Source: Candidatus Marinacidobacterales bacterium
GTDB taxonomy: Bacteria; Acidobacteriota; Vicinamibacteria; Marinacidobacterales; SMYC01
Direction of reading: 5' to 3'
Assembly: GCA_965224085.1 (NCBI GenBank)
Contig: CBDCYI010000005.1
Location: forward strand, 1,728,001-1,792,000
DNA length: 64,000 bases
Shown here: one piece after another, positions 55,908-64,000 of the stretch
How positions within the stretch are numbered: the stretch's first letter is position 1
Layout of the letters: each line of letters opens with the position of its first letter
Notes under the pieces: generated by a model
Databases searched by the model: none
What the model was told of the DNA's origin: nothing
Seen by the model: the letters and a program-made list of their open reading frames with translations, nothing else
Made by a program: the position numbers and the translations under genes

Positions 55908-57014
55908 ATGGCGAATCTTCCTCTGGCGAACATCTTCAACCGCAAAACCCGCACCACGGTCGGTATTCTTGCGGTAGCTCTAGGTGTGGCGCTTTTGCTC
56001 GTGCTCGTGGGACTGGCCACGGGCAGTCTCAATGAGACGGCCGAGCGCATCATGAATGTCGGAGCCGATGTTCTCTTTCAGCCTCCGGATTCTTCGCCGT
56101 TTCTCGCTTTGAGCGCCGGTGTTATCGCCGAGCGCCTTTCTGAGCGGCTTCTCGAAGTAGAAGGAGTGGCTTCGGTGGCGCCGGTACTCGTCGGTTCGCT
56201 CACCAGATTGAAGGGGCAGAGCAAGGTCGTCATGATGTTCGGCGTGGACGAGGCGTCGTATAACCAAGTTGGCGTGGGCTTAGAGATTTTGGAGGGCCGC
56301 GGCCTTTTAAGACCGCTGGATCTCGTCATCGACACCGTGTTAGCCGAGGCGGATAACATTGTGGTCGGTGAGAAGATCAGAATCATGAACCGGGAGTTCG
56401 AAGTCTCCGGCATTTGTCGGGCGGGCGCGGGCGTACGCGTTTTCATGGCCATTTCCGACATGCAAGAGGCGACGGCACAAGCCGGAAAAGCTTCGTTTTT
56501 CTTTATCAAAGCCGCCGAGGGTGTCGTGGTGGACGACGTGAGCGTGTCGCTCAAAGAGCGCTTCGAAGGCTACAAAGTAACCGCGCTCGCGGGTTTTTCG
56601 GAAGCGATGAGGGAGAACGCGCTCGGGCTCAGAGAGTTCATCCGCGCGCTTTCGATCTTCGCAGCGCTCATCAGCTATCTAGTGATCCTGCTCGCAATGT
56701 ATACGACCATCATCGAGCGCACGCGCGAGATCGGGATTCTCAAAGCGCTCGGGGCGAGCAAGACCTACATCATTCGCCTCGTCATGGTGGAGTCGTTCTT
56801 CATCTGCGTGATGGGCGTCATTGTCGGCTTTTTGTTTTCCGTTCTCGGCCGCTGGGCCATCATTACGTCTTTTCCCACGCTTTCCGTGGATTTGATTCCT
56901 CAATCGTTCGCGATGTCAGCTATTCTAGGCATCACCGGAGGGCTCTTGGGGGCGCTCTATCCCGCCTATCGAGCGGCGAAGCTCGATCCGGTGGAAGCGC
57001 TAAATTTTGAGTAG
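55908..57014 (+). CDS. MacB/FtsX/LolE-type ABC permease
   Basis: ERTREIGILKALGA, YPAYRAAKLDPVEAL. Confidence 0.93.
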   Translation: MANLPLANIFNRKTRTTVGILAVALGVALLLVLVGLATGSLNETAERIMNVGADVLFQPPDSSPFLALSAGVIAERLSERLLEVEGVASVAPVLVGSLTRLKGQSKVVMMFGVDEASYNQVGVGLEILEGRGLLRPLDLVIDTVLAEADNIVVGEKIRIMNREFEVSGICRAGAGVRVFMAISDMQEATAQAGKASFFFIKAAEGVVVDDVSVSLKERFEGYKVTALAGFSEAMRENALGLREFIRALSIFAALISYLVILLAMYTTIIERTREIGILKALGASKTYIIRLVMVESFFICVMGVIVGFLFSVLGRWAIITSFPTLSVDLIPQSFAMSAILGITGGLLGALYPAYRAAKLDPVEALNFE

Positions 57015-57033
57015 ACTCAACATCCTTTCATCC

Positions 57034-57768
57034 ATGTCGCAACGCGCCGCCGTCCTGAAGACCATAGCCCTCCGGAAAGTCTACCGGACCGGCTCCCTCG
57101 AAGTGCCTGCTCTTCAGGGCATCGACATCGAGATCAAAAAAGGCGAGTTCGTCTCGATCATGGGTCCTTCCGGCTGCGGCAAAACGACTTTGCTTCAGAT
57201 TCTCGGCGGATTGTCGAGCCCCACTTCGGGGCAGGTCTTCGTGGATGGCGTCGACCTTGCCGGCGTGTCCGATTCCGAGCGCACGCGACTTCGCTGCAAG
57301 AAGATTGGCTTCGTCTTTCAACGGTTCAACCTTCTTGCGACGCTCACCATCCAGGCGAATATCGAGATCGCGAGGCAGATTTATGGCGGGCCTTCGGTAA
57401 GCCGCGAGGAAGTAGGTGATCTGCTCGAAATCGTGCACTTGCGCCACAAGCTCGACTACAAACCGCTCGAGCTTTCGGTAGGCGAGCAGCAGCGCGTGGC
57501 GATTGCCAGAGCACTCGTGAACAATCCGGCCATGATTTTTGCCGACGAGCCCACCGGCAATCTCGACTCTCGCAACTCGGAGCAAGTGCTCCGGCTTCTC
57601 TCGGATTTGAATCGCGAGAAAAAGCAGACGATCGTCATGATCACGCATAATCCCGCGGCAGCGGAGATGAGCAACCGCATCATCGAGATGCTCGACGGGC
57701 AAGTCAAGAGCCAGGGCACCGTGGCCGAGCTCGTAGAGCCGGAACAAGCGCACTCTCAAGCGCGGTAG
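57034..57768 (+). CDS. ABC ATP-binding protein (LolD/MacB-type)
   Basis: GPSGCGKT, LSVGEQQRV, ADEPTGNLD. Confidence 0.95.
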   Translation: MSQRAAVLKTIALRKVYRTGSLEVPALQGIDIEIKKGEFVSIMGPSGCGKTTLLQILGGLSSPTSGQVFVDGVDLAGVSDSERTRLRCKKIGFVFQRFNLLATLTIQANIEIARQIYGGPSVSREEVGDLLEIVHLRHKLDYKPLELSVGEQQRVAIARALVNNPAMIFADEPTGNLDSRNSEQVLRLLSDLNREKKQTIVMITHNPAAAEMSNRIIEMLDGQVKSQGTVAELVEPEQAHSQAR

Positions 57769-57788
57769 ACTGCGTTCGGGGCAAGCTG

Positions 57789-58457
57789 ATGCCGAAACTC
57801 TGGTTGGTGCTCTTGTCGCTAGCGGCCGCGCCTGCTGCAGCCAATACAGCCAATACAGCCAGTACAGGTCGTCTCGATGAGATCCTCTACGAAATGCAGA
57901 AAGCGGGTGCCGAGCTCAAGACCCTTGCGGCCAATTTCGAGCAGACGGATCACGATTTCGTCCTCGAAGAACAGGAAGTCAGCCAGGGCCGCCTCTATCT
58001 GCGCCTTCCCGGACGCATCCGCTTCGAGCACCTTTCGCCGGCTCCCAAGGTCCTTCTCGTACGGGACGAGCGCGTGCGCCTCTACAACGCGACTTCCAAT
58101 CAAGTGATGGAGTTCGACCGGGGGAAAGGCGGCGGCTCGAGCGGCGCTGACCTTCTCGTCGGCTTCGGCACGAGCAACGACAAAATCGGCGAGAACTACG
58201 ACGCGAGCCTCGTCGAAGAGACCGATGACGCCGTCGTCTTGAAGCTCTTGCCCAAACCCGGTTCGGCCGCGTCGATGTTCGCGTCCCTCGAGCTCACGGT
58301 CGCCAAAAAGACCTGGACCCCGATACGCTCCGTGTTTCACGAGCACAACCGGGACCACACGGTCATCCGCTTCGAGAATACAATCATTAATGGCGTGCTT
58401 CCGAACGGCGCCTTCGAGCTCGACCTTCCGTCCAATGTCGAGATCATCCGGAACTGA
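57789..58457 (+). CDS. LolA-like lipoprotein carrier
   Basis: Signal peptide; ANFEQ, PGRIRFE, FELDLPSNVEII. Confidence 0.8.
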   Translation: MPKLWLVLLSLAAAPAAANTANTASTGRLDEILYEMQKAGAELKTLAANFEQTDHDFVLEEQEVSQGRLYLRLPGRIRFEHLSPAPKVLLVRDERVRLYNATSNQVMEFDRGKGGGSSGADLLVGFGTSNDKIGENYDASLVEETDDAVVLKLLPKPGSAASMFASLELTVAKKTWTPIRSVFHEHNRDHTVIRFENTIINGVLPNGAFELDLPSNVEIIRN

Positions 58458-58460
58458 ACA

Positions 58461-59496
58461 ATGAAGTGGAGCAACAAGGCAAAGATCCGGGTGCACGAGC
58501 TCTGGAAAATTGGGAGCGGTCTTATCTCGACGAAACATCCGGTGCTCGCGCACATCGTTCCGATGCGGCGCTGCAACTTGGCTTGTACTTATTGCAACGA
58601 GTACGACGACTTTTCCCCGCCCGTTCCGATCGAAGAGATGCTGCGCCGCGTCGACAGCCTCGGGGATCTCGGGCGTCTATCGTCACCATCAGCGGTGGAG
58701 AGCCGACGCTCCACCCCGAGTTCGATGCGATCATCGCGCGCATCCGAAAGCGGGGCATGATCGCCGGGCTCATCACGAACGGCTACTTTCTGACGCCCGA
58801 GCGCATCCAGAGCTCAACGCCGCCGGGCTTCAGCATCTTCAGATCAGCATCGATAACGTCCAGCCGGATCCAGTTTCGAAGAAGTCCTTGAAGGTCCTGG
58901 AATCCAAACTCCGCAATCTCGCCGAACATGCCGAGTTCTTCGTGAACATCAACTCGGTCATCGGCAGCGGCATCGACCAGCCCGAGGACGCTGTGGAGGT
59001 CGCGAACCGCGCCGTGGAGCTAGGCTTTTCGACGACACTCGGCATCATTCATGACGGCGCTGGCAAGCTCGTTCCTCTCAGCGCTCGCGAGATGTTGCTC
59101 TACGATCGGCTGCGCCAGCAGGGAAAGAAGAGCTACGCGCGCTTCATGGGCTTTCGTAAGGATCTCGCCCACGGCAAACCCCATAGCTGGCGGTGCCGTA
59201 CCGGCGGGCGCTATCTCTACATTTGCGAGGACGGTCTTGTCCACCTCTGCTCCCAACAACGCGGTTATCCCGGGACAGGGCTCGCGGAGTACACGAAAGA
59301 AGATCTCTCGCGCGAGTTCGACAAGCCCAAGACGTGCGCGCGCTACTGCACCGTCGCTTGCGTCCAGATCGTCGGCTTGTTCGATAATTGGCGCGCCCCG
59401 CAAAAAGGCGATCCTTACATGTCTCGACGCGCGGAAGATCCCAAGCCCGCGATGGCGGCGCCCTTGCCGGCCGAACGAGAGCACCAGCAAGTCTAG
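58461..59496 (+). CDS. Radical SAM protein with C-terminal Cys cluster; two apparent single-G frameshifts
   Basis: [22 protein letters not shown] spread over three frames. Confidence 0.85.
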
Positions 59497-59530
59497 CCTC
59501 CGTTTCCGCGGCTATACTGGATGGTCAGAA

Positions 59531-61336
59531 ATGGACTTCCAGAAAAAGGTCGATGAGCTCCCCCAAAGCTCGGGCGTCTACATGTTCCGTGGACAAGGTG
59601 GCGAGATTCTCTATGTCGGCAAAGCCCGCTCGCTTCGAAGCCGGGTGCGCTCGTACTTCCAGGTCGCGCGGGTCGAGAGCCCGCGTCTCGACCGCCTCGT
59701 GGAGCGCGTTGTTGATGTCGACGTCGTCGTCACAGATACCGAGCGCGAGGCACTCGTGCTCGAGAACAGCCTCATCAAGACGCACAAGCCGCGCTACAAC
59801 GTTCTTCTTCGCGACGACAAGAACCATCCTTACTTGAAGCTCACGCTGGACGAAGGTTACCCGCGTCTCTATATCGTGCGCCATCCCGGCTCGGACGGCG
59901 CGGTCTATTCCGGGCCCTACGTTCCCGCGAGCCTCGCCCGCAAGACCGCGAATCTCGTCCACCGGCTCTTCGGCATACGCAACTGCCGGGAGAAGCTGAA
60001 CGGAAAGAGGCCGCGGCCCTGTTTGCAATATCAGATCAAGCGGTGCATCGCGCCTTGTGTCGACGACATCGTGAGCCTCGAGACCTATCGCAACGCTGCC
60101 GAGGACGCCAAGCTCTTTCTCGAAGGCAAGAACGACGATTTGATCGCCTCGCTCAAAGGGAAGATGTATGCCGAGGCGGAGGTGGAACGTTTCGAGGAAG
60201 CGGCGCGGCTTCGCGACAACGTGAGCATGCTCGAGGATCTCGGCATCCGCCAGAAGATGGCCGGTGTGCGCGGGAGCGAAAGCGACGTCTTCGGCCTCTA
60301 CCGAGAGGGTGAGAACGCCGTGCTACAAGTTTTTTCGGTGCGCTCGGGGAAAGTCGTCGATCGCGACAGCTTTCTTCTCGAGGAGCTCGAATTGCAGGAG
60401 GACGCGGAGCTCGTCGAAGCATCGCTGAAACAATATTACGAGCTTGGCCGGTTCCTTCCTTCTACGATCCACCTTCCGTACGATTTCCCCGAGCGCGCGC
60501 TCGTGGCGGACTGGCTGAGCTCAAAAAAGGGCGCGAAAGTGGAGGTCCTCGTTCCGAAGAAAGGCGGCAAGCGAAGGCTCGTCGAGCTCGTCAACAGGAA
60601 CGCGCGGCTCGCCTACGAGCTCGATTTCCGAGAAGAAGGCCGTCAGACCAACCGACGGCTCGAAGCCCTCCGCGACTTGCTCGAGCTCGTGGACAAGCCC
60701 GAGCGTATCGAAGGCTTCGATATTTCGAACATCCAGGGAAGCGAGGTCGTGGCCTCGATGGTTACTTTCGAGCGCGGCCAGCCCAAGAGGAGCGATTACC
60801 GGAAATACAAGATCCGGTCGATCGAAAAGGGCAAGCCCGACGACTTCGCTGCGATGCGCGAAGTAGTGCTAAGGCGTTACCGCCGGGTGCTCGAGCAAGG
60901 TGACGAGCTTCCCGACCTCGTTTTGATCGATGGAGGTAAAGGCCAGCTGAGCGCGGCTCTCGACGCGCTCGAGGAGCTCGGCCTCTCCCATTTGCCGATG
61001 GTGAGCCTCGCCAAGAAAGAAGAGCGGATTTTCCGGCCCGAGGCGCCCGAGCCGATCGTGCTCGACCAGCATTCGCCGGCGCGGCAGCTTCTCCAGCGCG
61101 TCCGCGATGAAGCGCATCGCTTCGCGGTCACCTTCCACCGGCAGCAGCGGAAAGCTCGCGACATGAGCTCGTCACTCGAGTCCATCCCCGGTGTGGGCCC
61201 CAAAAAACGCCGACGGCTACTAACGCGGTTCAAAAGCCTGAAGGGTGTGAAAGCGGCAGAACTCGAGGAACTTCAAGAGCTTCTCGGTGAAAGACTAGGC
61301 GCCCAAGTACACCAAAACCTCCGCGAACTGCTCTAG
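59531..61336 (+). CDS. uvrC: Excinuclease ABC subunit C
   Basis: GVY..YVGKA GIY-YIG, FDISN, IDGGKGQ, RDEAHRFA, HhH. Confidence 0.97.
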   Translation: MDFQKKVDELPQSSGVYMFRGQGGEILYVGKARSLRSRVRSYFQVARVESPRLDRLVERVVDVDVVVTDTEREALVLENSLIKTHKPRYNVLLRDDKNHPYLKLTLDEGYPRLYIVRHPGSDGAVYSGPYVPASLARKTANLVHRLFGIRNCREKLNGKRPRPCLQYQIKRCIAPCVDDIVSLETYRNAAEDAKLFLEGKNDDLIASLKGKMYAEAEVERFEEAARLRDNVSMLEDLGIRQKMAGVRGSESDVFGLYREGENAVLQVFSVRSGKVVDRDSFLLEELELQEDAELVEASLKQYYELGRFLPSTIHLPYDFPERALVADWLSSKKGAKVEVLVPKKGGKRRLVELVNRNARLAYELDFREEGRQTNRRLEALRDLLELVDKPERIEGFDISNIQGSEVVASMVTFERGQPKRSDYRKYKIRSIEKGKPDDFAAMREVVLRRYRRVLEQGDELPDLVLIDGGKGQLSAALDALEELGLSHLPMVSLAKKEERIFRPEAPEPIVLDQHSPARQLLQRVRDEAHRFAVTFHRQQRKARDMSSSLESIPGVGPKKRRRLLTRFKSLKGVKAAELEELQELLGERLGAQVHQNLRELL

Positions 61337-61380
61337 CTTTTGTGCTAGTGTCCAACATTAACAGTGCATCTCAGCACATT

Positions 61381-62385
61381 ATGACGACGAAGAAACGTGT
61401 TTTATCTGGAATGCGTCCAACGGGCCCCGCCCATCTCGGCCATCTACTGGGGGCGTTCGAGAACTGGGAGGCGATGCAGGACGACTACGAGACGTTCTAC
61501 CCCATCGTCGATTGGCACGCGCTCACGACGGATTACGCCGATACTTCGGAGCTGAAGGCGAACACCCACGAGCTCGCCCTCGATTTTCTCGCGGTTGGGC
61601 TCGACCCGGAACGCTCGACGCTCTTCGTCCAGTCCCACGTCCCGCAGCACGCCGAGCTTCATCTTTTGTTGTCGATGGTAGTGCCGCTCCCGTGGCTCGA
61701 GCGCGTCCCCACCTACAAAGAGCAGATGACGCAGCTTCGCGAGAAGGATCTGACGACCTACGGGTTTCTCGGCTACCCGCTTCTTCAATCCGCGGACATC
61801 CTCATTTATCGCGCCGACACGGTTCCGGTCGGGGTCGATCAAGCGCCTCACATTGAGCTCACTCGTGAGATTGCGCGCCGCTTCAACAATTTCTACGGGC
61901 ACGTGCTCCCTGAGCCCGAGGTCAAGCTCACGCCCACCCCGAAGCTTCCTGGGACCGACGGCCGTAAAATGTCGAAGAGCTACGGCAACACGATTGGGCT
62001 CGCGGAAGACGAAGCTTCGGTGCGGAAGAAGCTGAAGACGATGGTCACCGATCCGGCCCGAAAGCTGCGGACAGACCCGGGTGACCCGGCCATCTGTCCC
62101 GTTTTCGATCTGCACAAAGTCTTCTCCAGCCAAGAGACTCGAGATTGGGCCGCCGAGGGCTGCCGCACCGCCGGCATTGGCTGCGTCGAGTGCAAGAGCG
62201 CCCTTGCCGACGCGCTCGTGCCGCGCCTCGAGCCCATCCGCGCTCGCCGTGAAGCGTTCGAGAAGCGTCCCGACGACGTACGGGATATCTTTCGCGAAGG
62301 CGGACGGAAGGCACGCGAGGTTGCCGAGTCGACGATGGTCGATGTGCGCGCCGCGATAAAGCTTCCAACCGAGGACGATTTATGA
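61381..62385 (+). CDS. trpS: Tryptophan-tRNA ligase
   Basis: SGMRPTG..HLGH, VPVGVDQ, KMSKS. Confidence 0.97.
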   Translation: MTTKKRVLSGMRPTGPAHLGHLLGAFENWEAMQDDYETFYPIVDWHALTTDYADTSELKANTHELALDFLAVGLDPERSTLFVQSHVPQHAELHLLLSMVVPLPWLERVPTYKEQMTQLREKDLTTYGFLGYPLLQSADILIYRADTVPVGVDQAPHIELTREIARRFNNFYGHVLPEPEVKLTPTPKLPGTDGRKMSKSYGNTIGLAEDEASVRKKLKTMVTDPARKLRTDPGDPAICPVFDLHKVFSSQETRDWAAEGCRTAGIGCVECKSALADALVPRLEPIRARREAFEKRPDDVRDIFREGGRKAREVAESTMVDVRAAIKLPTEDDL

Positions 62386-63191
62386 GTCTGACAGAGCTCT
62401 ATCTCAGCGCGAGCACGGACGAGAGCGGCGATGTCGAACAAAAGTATCACGTACGACTCCCGATTTTCAAAGGATCGCTCGATCTGCTGCTACATCTGAT
62501 TCGAAAGAGCGAAGTCGATATCCACGACATCCCGATTGCCGAGATCACGAAGCAATATCTCGAGATTATCGAGCTCATGGAAGAGCTCAACCTCGACCTC
62601 GACCTTGCCGGCGAGTTCCTCGTTATGGCGGCGACGTTGATTCACATCAAGTCGAAGATGCTGTTGCCGCCGCCGCACGAGGACGGCACGCAAGACGAAG
62701 AGAGCCAGGATCCTCGGGCCCAGCTCGTCGCGCGGCTGCTCGAATATGAGCGTTACAAAGAAGCCGCGCAGCAGCTACACCAGCACGAAGAGATCCGAGA
62801 CGCGACTTTCGTTCGGCCTGATTCCGTCATCGAGAATCTGACTCCCGGCAACGGTCAGGAAGCTCCGGCGCATGAAACTTTGATCGATGTCGACTTGTTC
62901 GAGCTTCTGAGCGCGTTCCGCGAAGTGCTCTCTCGTGTCCGACAGCGGACCGATCTCGTTTTCGAGCGCGAAACGATCTCGATGGAGGAGATGATCCGAA
63001 AGCTCGAGGCGCGCCTCAACGCCGACGAGCCATGCTCTTTCGTCGACCTCTTCGATGACGCGACGGCTCGCAGCGATGTCATCGTAACCTTTCTCGCTAT
63101 CCTCGAAATGGTTCGCCTTCGGAAGCTGAAGATTTATCAGAAGGAGCTGTTCGGAACCATCCACGTCATGCGGCACCCGGATGCCGGATAA
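62382..63191 (+). CDS. scpA: Segregation and condensation protein A
   Basis: FKGSLDLLLHLI, AATLIHIKSKMLLP, TFLAILE. Confidence 0.95.
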   Translation: MSLTELYLSASTDESGDVEQKYHVRLPIFKGSLDLLLHLIRKSEVDIHDIPIAEITKQYLEIIELMEELNLDLDLAGEFLVMAATLIHIKSKMLLPPPHEDGTQDEESQDPRAQLVARLLEYERYKEAAQQLHQHEEIRDATFVRPDSVIENLTPGNGQEAPAHETLIDVDLFELLSAFREVLSRVRQRTDLVFERETISMEEMIRKLEARLNADEPCSFVDLFDDATARSDVIVTFLAILEMVRLRKLKIYQKELFGTIHVMRHPDAG

Positions 63192-63963
63192 CAAAAATAA
63201 CAGGGAGAACGACGTGCCCGTCAACGGAAGTGGGGAAACCATACCGAATACCGCGGAGCCTGCTCTGCCGCTCGAAGAGGTGCAAGCGAGCGTCGAAGCC
63301 CTCCTATACGCCTCGGGCGAGCCGATTTCCGTGCGCCATTTGAAAAAAGCAATTCCCGAAGCCCCCGAGCTCATCGCAGAAGCGCTCTTAAGCTTGAAAG
63401 AGCTCTACGACCAAAGCGGCCGTGGCCTTCAGATCGTCGAAGTCGCCGGCGGCTGGCAGATCACGACCCGGCCGGAACTCCACGAACGTGTCGGCCGCCT
63501 ATTCGATAGCCCCCGTCCCGCACGCCTTTCAATCCAGGCGCTCGAAACCCTCGCCGTCATCGCCTACCGCCAACCAACGACAATCCCCGAGATTATGGAG
63601 CTCCGTGGCATCCACTCCGCCGGCGTCGTAAGAACCCTCCTAGAAAGAAAACTCGTCAAGATCGTCGGCCGCAAAAAAGTAGTCGGCCACCCACTGCTAT
63701 ACGGCACCACAAGGGATTTTCTAGTCCGCTTCGGCCTAAAGAACTTGAAGGACCTCCCCCAACTAAAAGACATGTCCGAAGTCTTCGGCGACGAAGTAGC
63801 CCAACAACTGGAAACCCTGGAAACCCTGGACCAAGCAAAAGCAGAAGTAGAAATAGAACCGCTACAAGAAGAAACAAACCCCGAGCCACCAAGCCAATCA
63901 AAGCCCGCAGAACAAGGACCAGATAGCCGCCAGATAGCCGATAGACTCGACCAACGGAAATGA
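63181..63963 (+). CDS. scpB: Segregation and condensation protein B
   Basis: VAGGWQ, ALETLAVIAYRQP, YGTT..FL..FGL. Confidence 0.95.
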   Translation: MPDNKNNRENDVPVNGSGETIPNTAEPALPLEEVQASVEALLYASGEPISVRHLKKAIPEAPELIAEALLSLKELYDQSGRGLQIVEVAGGWQITTRPELHERVGRLFDSPRPARLSIQALETLAVIAYRQPTTIPEIMELRGIHSAGVVRTLLERKLVKIVGRKKVVGHPLLYGTTRDFLVRFGLKNLKDLPQLKDMSEVFGDEVAQQLETLETLDQAKAEVEIEPLQEETNPEPPSQSKPAEQGPDSRQIADRLDQRK

Positions 63964-64000
63964 AGAAACGCCTCCAAAAAATTCTATCCCATGCCGGCAT
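63960..64000 (+). CDS. rluB: Pseudouridine synthase RluB-like, N-terminus only
   Basis: ATGA overlap; MKKRLQKILSHAG S4-domain start; usual position after scpB. Confidence 0.7.
   Translation, partial: MKKRLQKILSHAG

Noticed and set aside
58461-59496. Radical SAM gene in three frames, as programmed frameshifting or a pseudogene
   Set aside because: Both breaks (about 58671 GGG and 58810 G) are fixed by adding one G to a G run, typical of sequencing indels; no slippery site seen.

Overview
GC-rich bacterial chromosomal segment. Gene content and style suggest Acidobacteriota (inference). Housekeeping and metabolic genes: speE, egtD, tenA, dtd, dapF, folE/queD, glcDEF, uvrC, trpS, scpAB and the start of rluB. 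It also holds a dispersed surface-glycosylation gene set (three GT4s, three GT-C-like membrane proteins), transporters, a VapBC pair and several gene remnants. The key feature is a 2.6-kb IS110-family element (34845-37446, minus strand) inserted exactly in the Gly-rich loop (GAGGM|GVVY) of a repeat-domain Ser/Thr kinase gene, with a duplicated 2-nt GG core. Upstream of its recombinase lies a readable two-loop bridge RNA (about 36169-36303). The donor loop matches the element's own circle junction. The target loop spells GGT ATG GGC GAA GTA T, i.e. G-M-G-E-V-Y, the consensus Hanks-kinase subdomain I coding sequence. The element therefore appears RNA-programmed to insert into protein-kinase genes. 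It also carries two accessory ORFs (one Cys-rich) and forms a 17-bp-spaced promoter only when circularised. All calls come from reading motifs by eye; no database searches were run.
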